Shown here one piece after another: positions 19,360 to 30,078 of a stretch of DNA of 64,000 nt. The stretch is from the NCBI GenBank assembly GCA_965215015.1, contig OZ244042.1:4096001-4160000 (forward strand), given 5' to 3'. A model generated the notes under the pieces. It saw only the letters and a list, made by a program, of their open reading frames with translations. It did no database searches and had not been told where the DNA came from. The DNA is from Candidatus Poribacteria bacterium (GTDB lineage Bacteria > Poribacteria > WGA-4E > PCPOR2b). A program made the position numbers and the translations under genes. Position 1 is the first letter of the stretch, and each line of letters starts with the position of its first letter.

Positions 19360-20247
19360 ATGGCATTAACAGAAAACACCTATGCGAAACCGTTCATTGT
19401 CGATAAGAATTTGGGCGCGAACTTAGATCCGGAGCAGACCGATTTAACCCGAACCAATGCGGACGGTCAACCGGTGATTGAACTCACTCAGGAACAGAAA
19501 TACGTCTTCGATAGTAAAGGGTGGGTATTGATTCCGGGTGTGCTGACGGAAAATGAAGTTAAAGAGATGAGGGAATTTGGCTCCCAATTGCGTAATGCCC
19601 CGGATTCTATCCCTGAACATGAGCGTTCCCCTCTCGGTGGGCCGATGCAAAAACTTGCCGATCATCCACTTGTGGTGGGGTTCATGAACGAGTTTGTGGC
19701 CTACCCGGCGTTGGCGAACCAAGATTGCTACGGCTTCCGTATGGAATCTTGCAGCCTATTCTACCGAACAATCGGCGATGGCGCATTCGGGCCTCACAAC
19801 GGTAATGGACTGTGGCGTTTTCCGGGCGACTCGCATTTCTATCACTGTGTTCCCGGTAGGGCGCACAGCGGTTTAACCCGTGTGGTATGGGAGATGAATC
19901 CGGTGAAAAAAGGACAGGGCGGCACCCTGTTCGTCACTGCAAGTCATAAGGCGGTATACACCGCTCCCCCAAGCATTCAGGAGCCTAATTCATCCCTTTG
20001 GGATACTTATGCTTGTCCTGCCGGCTCGTTGATGTTTTTCACCGAAGCCCTAACTCATAGCGGCACAGCATGGACAAACACAGAAAATGACCGGCTCGCT
20101 ATCTTTAGCTGTTATAACACAGTTGACACTAAATGGCACGATTGGGATCCGCACCCGAAACTCCTAGAATCGATGCCGCCGAAGCGTCGCACCCTTTTCC
20201 GTCCCGTTCATGCCGCGAACAACCTCATTAGTTCGGAGGATGTCTGA
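19360..20247 (+). CDS. PhyH-like Fe(II)/2OG enzyme with H-x-G in place of H-x-D
   Basis: QKYVFDSKGW, GPHNG, FVTASHK, FTEALTHSG. Confidence 0.75.
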   Translation: MALTENTYAKPFIVDKNLGANLDPEQTDLTRTNADGQPVIELTQEQKYVFDSKGWVLIPGVLTENEVKEMREFGSQLRNAPDSIPEHERSPLGGPMQKLADHPLVVGFMNEFVAYPALANQDCYGFRMESCSLFYRTIGDGAFGPHNGNGLWRFPGDSHFYHCVPGRAHSGLTRVVWEMNPVKKGQGGTLFVTASHKAVYTAPPSIQEPNSSLWDTYACPAGSLMFFTEALTHSGTAWTNTENDRLAIFSCYNTVDTKWHDWDPHPKLLESMPPKRRTLFRPVHAANNLISSEDV

Positions 20248-20661
20248 AAAGAGGATGCCAATCTAATCTTTCAAACAGCGACATATTGCAGCACAAAAAG
20301 GCCCCGGTATCAGCATAGATTGCTGTCCAACACCGGCGTTTTTGTTTCTGTGAATTGAGTGATTTATCTAATTTTGCTGTCAACCCCCATCTCTTGATTC
20401 TGTTGTATCATTCAGATACTTATGAGATCTTCAAGAAGTAAGCACGCTCCGCCGTGCTTGCACGGCCCCCTCAAATCCCCCCGCTTGCGAGGGGATTAGG
20501 GCATACGGCGTATGCCTACTACTGTCGGGGATTTATGGTCTATCGTGACGCGGGCTGAATGCTGTTATGAACTCTTTCCAACTTTAAAAAATTCTAATAC
20601 CTTCCAGATCCATGTCAAGTCATTTGTGCTTTTCTGTGAATTTTTGACCCTCAATCTTCTC

Positions 20662-20690
20662 TTGACGAGAAAATGGATTCGTGATAATAT
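20662..20690 (+). promoter_or_regulatory. Putative sigma70 promoter of recJ-rel (TTGACG-17-TAATAT)
   Basis: -10 box ends 7 nt before the recJ ATG. Confidence 0.5.
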
Positions 20691-20697
20691 AACTACC

Positions 20698-23277
20698 ATG
20701 AAAGAACAGCAACAAAAGATCTGGGAGCCTAAAAAGCATGACATCGAGAAGAGTTCCCGGTTGGCAGTGAGACTCGGGATTTCGCAGTTGGTCGCACAAC
20801 TTCTCATCAATCGGGGAATTGAAACGGAAGACGGAGCACATGCGTATTTGTATCCAACACCCGATCAGCTGCACTCCCCATTTTTGATGTACGGGATGGA
20901 GAGGGCGGTTGAGCACATCCGTTTAGCGATGGGGCGTGGTGAGCAGATTTGGATCTTCGGAGACTATGACGCAGATGGTACGACAGCAGCTTCGCTATTG
21001 ATAAATACTTTCCGAAACCTTGACTATCCGGTGCAGCCTTATATTCCCAACCGTTTTGAGGAAGGATATGGCCTCAACAAGGAAGCGATTCGGAAGTTGA
21101 AGGAGCAGGGCTGCAATCTGTTAATCACTGTTGACTGTGGCATTACATCCGTTGAAGAGGTCGAGTTCGCTAACTCCCTCGATATAGATGTCATCATCAC
21201 CGACCACCATCAGCCCCCCCCCGGTGCGCTGCCGCCAGCAATTGGAATAATCGCACCCAAAATGCCAGAGAGCGAATATCCCTTCGATGGACTTGCGGGA
21301 GTCGGCTTGGCGTTCAAGTTAGCACACGGATTGATGGGAGGGGGGGATTTGACCCCGTTTCTGCAATCTCAACTGGATTTGGTCGCACTAGGCACGGTTG
21401 TAGATGTTGCCCCGCTGATGGGTGAAAATCGAGCCCTCACAAGCCTTGGTTTGGCGGAACTCAATAAACGTGAACGCCCGGGGATAAAAGCACTCTGCAA
21501 TGTGGCAAACTATGACGATAACAAGCGGATTGCTGGCTATACATTGTCGTTTGTCTTAGGCCCTCGAATTAACGCCGTGGGACGGATGGATGCAGCGTCC
21601 AAAGTCGTTAAATTGCTAACGACTGAATCCTATGAAAAGGCAATACCAATTGCCGAAGAGATGGAAACTCATAATCAAAAGCGGCGGGAGGTCCAGAGCC
21701 ACATTCAGGAACAAGCAGCTGCTAAGATTGAAAAGAATAGAGACCATGTAGAAAAGAAGGGGTTGGTTGTCTACGATAAAGGTTGGCATCAGGGGGTACT
21801 TGGGATTGTCGCTGCGCGGCTGCTTAATCAGTATAACCGTCCGGTGTTTGTGTTATCAGTTGAGGGTGACAAAGCAAGCGGTTCCGGTCGTTGCATTGAG
21901 GGCATGAATCTCGCTGACAGCTTAAACACATGTAGCGACCTATTGGTCAAACATGGTGGACATCAAGCCGCGGCGGGGCTAACAGTCAAAACCGAGAACA
22001 TCGATGAGTTTGCTGTCCGATTTAACCAATATGCGTGCGACCACCTTTCTGATGAGGATCTAATCCCCAAGTTAAAAGTCGATCTTGAGGTGCCGGCTTC
22101 TTATTTGACGCTGCAAGCCTTAGAGGAGTTACAGCGTCTTGAGCCATTTGGAGCGGGTAATTCCGCCCCGCTCCTTACAATGTACAATCTTAGCCTCCAA
22201 AGGACGCCAAGCTTAATGGGGAAGGAGAAGAACCACCTCAGGCTATTTGTGACAGACGGAGGGCATACGCTCGAAGCGGTGGGGTGGGGTATGTCGGATT
22301 ATTTCATCGCGCTGAAAAACAGGAACATTCGATTAGATATAGCTTTTAAGCCAGAGATTAACGAATGGAGGGATACCCGCCGCCTCCAACTAATGATTGA
22401 TGATTTGCACCTCCAAACACCCGAACGACATGCCCCTAATGGAATATTTCCAACAAAGGAAAAGAAAACCCCTGTTAGAATTGTTGATCGCAGGGTTTTG
22501 GGCAGCAAGCAGGATTACCTATGCAACCTTCTCGGACAGGAAGAACCCACCTTGCTATATGTGCGGGATGAAAAAGCGTTAGATCAACTCTTTGAACTGA
22601 TTGGTTCAAAAGAAAAGATTGGGCGATGCGAAACTAATATGACTGAAGCTGACAAAGCGCAAGTCGTCAACAAGTTGGCACGCGGTGAATTGCTCGCAAT
22701 CGCTGCAAGTTGTACTTTGATCCACCTGCCTCATATTGCCCACTTGGTTTTTTGTCACCCAACGCTTCAACAATTGACTTTCTTTAATCGATGTCAACCT
22801 GCATTTAAACATTCTGAAACGACATATATTCATCTCATTTATCAACCCAAAGATATAGAATGGATGCGACAGTGCATCTCTTGGCAGTATCCAGATGTGC
22901 AAATCTTGCGAAAGCTTTATAAACGATTGCAAACGCTCAGTCAGGACAACGGGCGCCGACTCACGCTTGAAACAGTGATGGGGGGAGCACAGACTGATTC
23001 AATCCCGGTGCCTGCTGTTAAAAATGGGCTTTCAATCCTTGAGGAATTGCAGCTTTTGACGCAATACCCGGATTCTCCAAAATCAGAAATCCAACTTTTA
23101 CCACCACCATTGAAAAAGCGTCAACTCCATGAATCCGAAACCTATCTAAATGGCGAACAAATCAAGCAAACAAGCCAGTGGTTTTTGGAATTTCAATTGC
23201 GGCAGAACATCAAACAGATTTGGAAGAAGGTGTCGTATGAGTGTCAACTATCTAATCCGCCAAATCCAAGCCTATAA
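20698..23277 (+). CDS. recJ: Single-stranded-DNA exonuclease RecJ with long C-terminal extension
   Basis: GDYDADG, TVDCG, ITDHH, GPRINAVGR, GGHQAAAG, LEPFGAGN. Confidence 0.96.
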   Translation: MKEQQQKIWEPKKHDIEKSSRLAVRLGISQLVAQLLINRGIETEDGAHAYLYPTPDQLHSPFLMYGMERAVEHIRLAMGRGEQIWIFGDYDADGTTAASLLINTFRNLDYPVQPYIPNRFEEGYGLNKEAIRKLKEQGCNLLITVDCGITSVEEVEFANSLDIDVIITDHHQPPPGALPPAIGIIAPKMPESEYPFDGLAGVGLAFKLAHGLMGGGDLTPFLQSQLDLVALGTVVDVAPLMGENRALTSLGLAELNKRERPGIKALCNVANYDDNKRIAGYTLSFVLGPRINAVGRMDAASKVVKLLTTESYEKAIPIAEEMETHNQKRREVQSHIQEQAAAKIEKNRDHVEKKGLVVYDKGWHQGVLGIVAARLLNQYNRPVFVLSVEGDKASGSGRCIEGMNLADSLNTCSDLLVKHGGHQAAAGLTVKTENIDEFAVRFNQYACDHLSDEDLIPKLKVDLEVPASYLTLQALEELQRLEPFGAGNSAPLLTMYNLSLQRTPSLMGKEKNHLRLFVTDGGHTLEAVGWGMSDYFIALKNRNIRLDIAFKPEINEWRDTRRLQLMIDDLHLQTPERHAPNGIFPTKEKKTPVRIVDRRVLGSKQDYLCNLLGQEEPTLLYVRDEKALDQLFELIGSKEKIGRCETNMTEADKAQVVNKLARGELLAIAASCTLIHLPHIAHLVFCHPTLQQLTFFNRCQPAFKHSETTYIHLIYQPKDIEWMRQCISWQYPDVQILRKLYKRLQTLSQDNGRRLTLETVMGGAQTDSIPVPAVKNGLSILEELQLLTQYPDSPKSEIQLLPPPLKKRQLHESETYLNGEQIKQTSQWFLEFQLRQNIKQIWKKVSYECQLSNPPNPSL

Positions 23278-25399
23278 TCCCGATGCAGATTGCGATCTTT
23301 TGCGAAGCGGCTATGAATATAGTAAAGCCTGTCATCAGGGGCAGCAGCGGATCTCCGGGGCCCCTTATTTCACCCACTGCTTTGAAACAGCTAAGACGTT
23401 AGCTGAATTGAAATTGGACACAGATACTATCTGCGCTGGGTTGTTGCATGACGTGTTGGAAGATACCTCCGCTACCCGCGACCAGCTTGCGAATCAGTTT
23501 GGAGAGACAATTACCGAGCTGGTTGAAGGCGTGACCAATATTAGTAAATATAAATTCAAAGGCGGGGTCCAACAAAGACAGGCGGAAAATTACTTGAGGT
23601 TGCTGCTAGCAACAGCGAAGGATACACGAGTCATCCTAATTAAGTTGGCGGATCGTTTGCATAATATGCAAACCCTATCCTCTTTGCCCCCGCACAAACA
23701 GGAACGTATTGCCAAGCAAACCTTTGAGGTTTACGCCCCACTTGCCCATCGACTGGGCATTGCGCGGATTAAAAGTAGGCTTGAAGATTTGGCGTTCAAA
23801 TTCCTGCATACCACCGAGTACAAAGAGGTTGCAGATTTACTTGCGTCGAAGTTGACTGAACGGGAAGCGTATACGAAGTGGATGGTCGATGTCATGCAAA
23901 AGGAACTGGACCTGATGGGGGTCAAAGCGAGGGTCTACGGTCGTCCAAAGCATATCTACAGCATCTATCAGAAAATTCATCAGCGAGGGGTTCCGTTTGA
24001 ACAGATTCGAGATCTCTTCGGTCTTCGTGTGCTGGTCAATAGCGTGGGGGATTGTTATGCGGTGCTCGGAATTCTACACAACAAATGGAATCATATTCCG
24101 GAACAATTCAAGGATTTTATTGGTCTCCCAAAAGCGAACGGCTATCGGTCTTTACACACAACAATTTTAGAGCAAGGCCAGCCTGTAGAGGTACAGATTC
24201 GGAGTTATGAAATGCACCAGATTGCCGAATATGGCATTGCTGCCCATTGGCGGTATAAGGAGGGTATACCTTCGGAAACGGAGAACGAAAGGATTTTTGC
24301 GTGGTTCAGAGAGATGCTTGCGGAGATTCAAGAGTTCAAAGATCCTTTTCAGTTTATCCGTTCAATGAAGGGTGAGCTGTTTCCGGACGAGGTTTTTGTC
24401 TTTACACCCAAAGGGGACCTCCACAGTTTGCCAGCGGGTTCAACGCCAATTGATTTTGCGTACAAGATACACACCGATATTGGACAGACCTGTTGTGGCG
24501 CAGAAGTGAATGGCGTGATAGTGCCCTTTAAGTATCGGTTACAGAATGGGGATCGGATAAAAATCCAGACTCGGGCGAACGCACATCCAAGTCGTGATTG
24601 GCTCCGATGGGTTAAAACGGCCCGAGCGCGTAATAAGATTCAGTATTGGCTCAATGAACAAAACCGTGCACAAGCCATTGATCTCGGAAAGCGGCTCCTC
24701 GAGCTCGAGATGCGGCAGTGCCAATTGAATCTGAAAAACTATCTCAAATCGCCAGAGCTACTTGCCATAGCGGGGAAACTCGTGTCCAAAAAGAAGACGC
24801 AGTTACCGCTAATTGATGAACTTTTTAGGCAGATTGGCAATGGTAAGGAATCAGCAACACATATTGTCAACTTATTGCAACCGGAACTCCCTACTCCTGA
24901 GAAAAAAGAGAAAACTGCGCGCCCACCCCAGTCCGCACCAACAATCGAACTGGAAGGAATTGATTTAGATGTGGCGCGGATTATGAAATGTTGCCATCCC
25001 ATTCCGGGGGAGGGAATCATCGGGTACCTCACACGGGGACGCGGCATTTCCATTCACAGGGCAGATTGTCCTCGAATTATTAATGAGCCAGAAAGAATTG
25101 TGGATATTGAATGGACACCTGTTGAGAATGTCACTTATCCTACCCCAATTACAGTTGAATGTGATAACCGTCCCGGAATGTTGGCAGAAATTACAACCTT
25201 AATTGCCCAATACAAAGTGAATATTGACACGATCGGTTCTCACAGACTGAATAGGGAAACTGGATACGGTCAATTCACTTTAGAAGTGAATGGAATCGAA
25301 CAGCTAGAAGCTATTATAGAGTCAATCCGATACTTAAAAGGAGTACGAAGTGTTACGCGGGTTACCTCTCTCTCTTCTGAAAAGCGCGCCAGCGTTTGA
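23237..25399 (+). CDS. rel: Bifunctional (p)ppGpp synthetase/hydrolase (long RSH)
   Basis: LLHDVLEDT, KLADRLHNM, GYRSLHT, EVQIR, AAHWRYK, TGS (TPIDFAY), CCHPIPG, ACT; overlaps recJ 3' end. Confidence 0.96.
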   Translation: MSVNYLIRQIQAYNPDADCDLLRSGYEYSKACHQGQQRISGAPYFTHCFETAKTLAELKLDTDTICAGLLHDVLEDTSATRDQLANQFGETITELVEGVTNISKYKFKGGVQQRQAENYLRLLLATAKDTRVILIKLADRLHNMQTLSSLPPHKQERIAKQTFEVYAPLAHRLGIARIKSRLEDLAFKFLHTTEYKEVADLLASKLTEREAYTKWMVDVMQKELDLMGVKARVYGRPKHIYSIYQKIHQRGVPFEQIRDLFGLRVLVNSVGDCYAVLGILHNKWNHIPEQFKDFIGLPKANGYRSLHTTILEQGQPVEVQIRSYEMHQIAEYGIAAHWRYKEGIPSETENERIFAWFREMLAEIQEFKDPFQFIRSMKGELFPDEVFVFTPKGDLHSLPAGSTPIDFAYKIHTDIGQTCCGAEVNGVIVPFKYRLQNGDRIKIQTRANAHPSRDWLRWVKTARARNKIQYWLNEQNRAQAIDLGKRLLELEMRQCQLNLKNYLKSPELLAIAGKLVSKKKTQLPLIDELFRQIGNGKESATHIVNLLQPELPTPEKKEKTARPPQSAPTIELEGIDLDVARIMKCCHPIPGEGIIGYLTRGRGISIHRADCPRIINEPERIVDIEWTPVENVTYPTPITVECDNRPGMLAEITTLIAQYKVNIDTIGSHRLNRETGYGQFTLEVNGIEQLEAIIESIRYLKGVRSVTRVTSLSSEKRASV

Positions 25400-25441
25400 A
25401 AGCAATCAAAATCCGACATAACTCATTCCGTCCTGATGCGT

Positions 25442-25675
25442 TTAATTGCCGTAGGCAACTTGCTCGCCACCAGAAATAGCCTTTATGATTTTCCCGGTGC
25501 GGAGGCATCGTGCACATACACGGACCCGATGATTTCCACTTTCCGTTTGAATACGGACCCGCTGTAAATTTGGTAGTTGTCTGTGCTTTGAACGCTTACT
25601 AATTTGCCCACGGGTTCGGGCAATTTTGTTACCTGCCATCGGTTTTTTCCCACAAACATAGCAAACTCGAGCCAA
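25442..25675 (-). CDS. rpmB: 50S ribosomal protein L28 (Zn-ribbon form)
   Basis: ARVCYVCGK..GN..PNLQ..VCARCLR; AGGAGG upstream of probable TTG start. Confidence 0.93.
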   Translation of the reverse strand: MARVCYVCGKKPMAGNKIARTRGQISKRSKHRQLPNLQRVRIQTESGNHRVRVCARCLRTGKIIKAISGGEQVAYGN

Positions 25676-25831
25676 TTGGACCACCTCCTTTCTACGTAAT
25701 ACAACCTCTTTAACATATCATATGCCCTGCTGAAATGCAAGTTTTTTTATGCCCTTTGGATTGAGTTTTCTCCATTTAATTACAAATATCGAAGTGACCA
25801 TTCTGGCTGTTGCTAATGATTTGAATTTTCG

Positions 25832-27403
25832 CTACCCTCCCGGCGGTGCGATCCGCTCTACTTCAAGCCCTTCCGGGCGGAGGAAGTCTTTGTAGCGCGT
25901 CTGTACCTCGACACCGTTGAGACTGCGGGTAAAGCCTGCTGTTTTTGCCAAATGTTTCGTTTCAATTTCGAGGGTATTCTGCCCTCGTTTAAGGTTATCC
26001 AACTCCAGCTGATACCGAAACCAATGGGCGGACATACCAAGCGGTGCTTGGATGTGCATCGAACCCGCAAGTTTTACTTGGATGGTCAAAGCACGCTCGT
26101 CGGTGATCTCCGCGTCCTCCCAAGGCAGCACCCTGTCATTGAAGCGAAACTCAATATCGTCCTCGATGCAGAAGAAGGAGAAACGAAGGGTGAGGATAGG
26201 GTTGCGCATCTCCCCGTCTTTCTTGGCACTTTCGATATCATCAGCAACCCAGATATTGATAGCAGCGGTTTCTCCTTCCTTGATTTCTAATGGTAGCTGA
26301 CGCTCCGGTGTCGTTGTCGGTTTGTCTAGTTCTCCCTCTCGTGGCTGGAGAAGATAACGCTTGTCGCGTCGCATGTGGACTTCGGGATAAGCGACCTCCC
26401 GCAGAATCTGATACTCCCTTTCGCTGAAGGGCCAAGACAGATAGCCGTCATACATGCCAGCCCATCCCTCCCAGTGAAGCGTTTGCACTAATGCGTTGTA
26501 CATCTCAATACTTGGCAAACCAACCCGTTCATCATAGACGCGTCGGGGCGGCCGGTAGTAAGCTGCGGCACCGGCTGCGTTGGCAGCATCAGGCAGCCAG
26601 CGAGGCTTTGGCTCCGTGTCGTTTAGCACATACGGGTCTTGTCCGACGACATAATTGATGTTGCCTTCCTTGAGCCATGTTTCTACATCCAGTCCCATCG
26701 CCAGATTTTTCTCTCTGTTGAGATCGATACGCGCCATAATGGGAATTTCTCTTCCCTGTTCACTGCCAATGGTGTTTGCCATCTCCCGAATTTCAGCGAC
26801 GAATTGACTCATCAACGGGGTATGTTTCTCTATCTCAGGCTGCTTAAAATAATACGAATCAAACATAAAATCTAACTCTATCCCATCGGCGTTATAGTCC
26901 TCCAATATCTCCCTAAGTACAGCGAGCTTATCCTGTCGCACCAACTCATGGGCAAAGTCATAACACCATTCCGCTCTGCCTGCCTCTCCGATACAGACTT
27001 CGGCCCCATGATGCCATTTCAGCAAGCCGCACCGCTCGCTTTCCGGCGGCGAACTTGCCTGCAACTTCAGCGACGGGAATACAGTTAGCCCCATTTCGCG
27101 TCCCCGCTTTATGACCTCGCGCACCTGATCCGTGCCCATCTTCTGGGCTTCCTCCACCATCCGCATAATTCGCCAGTCAATGTAGTTTTCCCAAACTTCC
27201 TTCATTTGTCCCACAACACGCCCGACCTTGCTGTTATGGAAATAAACATCAGCATATCCGAGTCCCAACACCAAGAGATCTACGCCGGTGCCAAGCACCT
27301 CATCAACGGGCCATTGGAGTTTATGGATGGAAGCCGGTGGCTCTATTCGCTTCGCATTGAAGTGATGGGCGTCATTGTAGTAAATCAGTCGAGGTTTCTG
27401 CAT
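25832..27403 (-). CDS. Hypothetical glycoside-hydrolase-like TIM-barrel protein (GHL10/DUF187-like) with C-terminal beta domain
   Basis: IYYND, YDFAHELVR...YNADGIELDF pattern. Confidence 0.6.
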   Translation of the reverse strand: MQKPRLIYYNDAHHFNAKRIEPPASIHKLQWPVDEVLGTGVDLLVLGLGYADVYFHNSKVGRVVGQMKEVWENYIDWRIMRMVEEAQKMGTDQVREVIKRGREMGLTVFPSLKLQASSPPESERCGLLKWHHGAEVCIGEAGRAEWCYDFAHELVRQDKLAVLREILEDYNADGIELDFMFDSYYFKQPEIEKHTPLMSQFVAEIREMANTIGSEQGREIPIMARIDLNREKNLAMGLDVETWLKEGNINYVVGQDPYVLNDTEPKPRWLPDAANAAGAAAYYRPPRRVYDERVGLPSIEMYNALVQTLHWEGWAGMYDGYLSWPFSEREYQILREVAYPEVHMRRDKRYLLQPREGELDKPTTTPERQLPLEIKEGETAAINIWVADDIESAKKDGEMRNPILTLRFSFFCIEDDIEFRFNDRVLPWEDAEITDERALTIQVKLAGSMHIQAPLGMSAHWFRYQLELDNLKRGQNTLEIETKHLAKTAGFTRSLNGVEVQTRYKDFLRPEGLEVERIAPPGG

Positions 27404-27488
27404 TGCTGTATGTCTCCTTTGAGGTAGGTACTTGGGGCCCAGATAATGAATTCAATTTTGGAGGTAAGGTTTAACCCTCTGATATACG

Positions 27489-29024
27489 TCATGCTACAAT
27501 TTTGGGTGCTTGTCCTTGTTGAAGAACAATATGTTTTCTCCATTTAACGTCGTCCTGTTTAGGGAAATCCTCCCGATAATGTGTGCCCCGGCTCTCGGTG
27601 CGTAGGCTTGCCGCTTTCGTAATCAACGCTGCAACATCACGCATGTTTTGAAATTCAAACGCTTCGGCACTGTGCCAATAGTAATTTAGGTTTAGCTCTC
27701 TCAATTCATCGGATATTGTCTCTAAATCTTCTCCATATCTAACAAGCCCAACGTGCTGCCACATCATCTCTTGAATAGATTCCTTTGCTGTTTCAATCTC
27801 AATGTTCTGAGATACTGCTTGAGGTGAAGCAGCGTCCTCGTCAGAGGAGATGCGAAGGTTCGCATAGCTATCTGATTTGATTGTCCGTGCATACTCCGCG
27901 GCGGCACTCCCGGCACGCGCGCCAAACACAATACATTCAAATAAGGAATTACTTGCTAGCCGATTCGCTCCGTGAACGCCGGTGCAGGCAACCTCTCCAC
28001 AGGCATAAAGCCCTCGGAGATTTGTCTCTGCGTTTAGAGTTGTGCAAACGCCTCCTGCTATAAAATGTGCACCGGATCTGACCGGAATAACATCGGTGGT
28101 AATATCCATACCAAACTGATAGCAAAACTGATAGATTCTTGAAAAACGACTTCGTATGACATCGGGTGGCAGATGGGTTACATCTAAATAAACACATGGA
28201 GTTTCAGTTAATTCCATTTCGTTCAAGATTGCACGGCTTACAACATCACACGGCGCAAGTTCCTCCATTTCGTGATATTTTGCCATAAACCGTTCCCCAC
28301 GCGAATTGATTAAGATACCTCCCTCCTCACGGAGCCTTTCAGTAATTAAGAAATATGGCGTCTCCATCAGGAACAACATCGTTGGATGAAATTGGATAAA
28401 CTCCATATCGATTACTTCACATCCCGCCCGCCACGCTGCCGCAAGGCCATCACCTGTAGCAACAGCCGGATTGGACGTGCATTGATAGATATGCCCAACT
28501 CCGCCTGAAGCGAGGATGGTCGCTTTGGCAAAAATACAGTGAAGCACGTTGTCAATGAGGGCAACCACTCCATAGCACCTATCCCCTTGCGTCATAAAGT
28601 CAATTGCAAAGGCATGTTCGATGATTCGCACCTGCAACTGCTTTTTGAAATAATCAGCTAATATCTTCTCCTCTGCTTTATCGAAGTTTATACCACACTG
28701 AATCAGCTCTGAGGTCTGTTGGAGACCTTCTTCAACCATTACCCTGACAACGGTTTCATTACAGAGGCCTCTTCCCACTTCGAGGGTGTCTTCAACATGG
28801 GAAGCGATGGTATCATCTTCATCTATGGCACCAGTAAGGCCCTCCTGTGCAGAGCAGGTGTTATTATCTGTCATAGCACTCTTAGTAATCAGCAAGACAT
28901 CGCCGTGTTGATTGGCTTCAATCGCTGCCCTTAGCCCGGCGTTCCCGCTGCCGATTACTAGGAAATCGGTGTCAATTCTCGGTGATTTGGTTGAATCAAA
29001 TTGGACGATATATCTATGAGTCAT
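27489..29024 (-). CDS. nadB: L-aspartate oxidase-like flavoprotein with altered active site
   Basis: VIGSGNAG, ATGDG, QFHPT, GEVACTGVHGANRLASNSL, RTESRGTH; lacks EGGHS segment. Confidence 0.8.
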   Translation of the reverse strand: MTHRYIVQFDSTKSPRIDTDFLVIGSGNAGLRAAIEANQHGDVLLITKSAMTDNNTCSAQEGLTGAIDEDDTIASHVEDTLEVGRGLCNETVVRVMVEEGLQQTSELIQCGINFDKAEEKILADYFKKQLQVRIIEHAFAIDFMTQGDRCYGVVALIDNVLHCIFAKATILASGGVGHIYQCTSNPAVATGDGLAAAWRAGCEVIDMEFIQFHPTMLFLMETPYFLITERLREEGGILINSRGERFMAKYHEMEELAPCDVVSRAILNEMELTETPCVYLDVTHLPPDVIRSRFSRIYQFCYQFGMDITTDVIPVRSGAHFIAGGVCTTLNAETNLRGLYACGEVACTGVHGANRLASNSLFECIVFGARAGSAAAEYARTIKSDSYANLRISSDEDAASPQAVSQNIEIETAKESIQEMMWQHVGLVRYGEDLETISDELRELNLNYYWHSAEAFEFQNMRDVAALITKAASLRTESRGTHYREDFPKQDDVKWRKHIVLQQGQAPKIVA

Positions 29025-29158
29025 TGTAGGCTTGATGCCGCTGTAGTGCTCGATACGGCCTCCTTCCTTAGGGTCGTACTGTGCTCAAAGGGGGCGATCA
29101 CTCGATTTTGGTCAGTAAGGAATGTCAGCCACGCTACGCAAAGAACATCGAATAGACG

Positions 29159-29569
29159 TTAAAAAACACCGTCAACCTTTACCACCTTCCCGCTTGCTTC
29201 AGCAATCCGTGTTTTATTTTCCGAATCAATATAGGCTTTAGCCTCAATGAGACGTGTGGTCATTTTGACTCGATGGGCTGTAACGGTTAATTTATCGCCC
29301 GCCATCGCTGGTTTCTTAAATCGAATTTCAAGTTGAGCTGTCACCGCGGGCCCATTAAAGCTGGCAATACCCACATAGGTAATTGCTTCATCGAGAAGTG
29401 TACTCAAGATGCCCCCGTGAATCACATTTGCCCAACCTTGAAAATGACCGGGGGGTGTACACTCAATCTTAACCTGCGTTCCATCGGAGGTGATATCCGG
29501 ATTCACTTGTAGGCCAAAAGGGTTTTCCTTACCACAAGCAAAGCAACGATTATTGTTCTCAACGCGCAT
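29159..29569 (-). CDS. PaaI family thioesterase
   Basis: CFACGKENPFGL, HGGILSTLLDE. Confidence 0.9.
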   Translation of the reverse strand: MRVENNNRCFACGKENPFGLQVNPDITSDGTQVKIECTPPGHFQGWANVIHGGILSTLLDEAITYVGIASFNGPAVTAQLEIRFKKPAMAGDKLTVTAHRVKMTTRLIEAKAYIDSENKTRIAEASGKVVKVDGVF

Positions 29570-29639
29570 CCGCGGCTCCCTGCTGAATTTTCGAGTCTAA
29601 CAGAAGTTGGTAGGATTCTTTGGACTTTCTTAATAGATG

Positions 29640-29752
29640 TAGGAGTTATGCAATTCAGTTTATAATAGCGCAATGCGGCCCGTGTCACGACGGACGATAA
29701 ATCACCCTACTACCTACAGTCAGGCCTTGAGCGTTCAAGTGAGTAAGTCCTA
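29640..29752. mobile_element. MITE-like element with TAGGA(G/C)TTA..CA terminal inverted repeats
   Basis: TAGGAGTTATGCA ... TGAGTAAGTCCTA (10/13 inverted match); similar end TAGGAGTTACGCA at 9852-9864. Confidence 0.5.
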
Positions 29753-30078
29753 AAATGGTCGGAACTTCTTAGGATTGTCCTGATAAACCCTGCTCAATTT
29801 TGCATCCTACCCCGATTTTATCGGAATTCAAACCTACTTGTCAAGGGAAAACTCAATCTGAAAATTTGACCCTATAAACAAAAATTAGCGAGTTATGGTA
29901 AAATAACTGGCTCATGCAAAAAGAGAGTGCAAAATACAAAGAGAAGCCTACAGGAATCCATCAAACGTGCTCCCTCTGACAAGGAGGAAGCGACACAGGA
30001 GAGTACTATTTTGAATTGTATAAACATGTGCCCCATTCTTCCGGGAGTTACAATCAAAATTGAGAAGGAGAGGTGAAC

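Noticed and set aside
20512-20697. 62-aa N-terminal extension of RecJ
   Set aside because: The ATG lies inside a REP-like palindrome and the region holds the likely promoter; RecJ-like sequence starts at 20698
23150-23236. N-terminal extension of Rel
   Set aside because: Deep overlap with recJ; ATG 23237 has an RBS-like AGAAGG and gives a normal length
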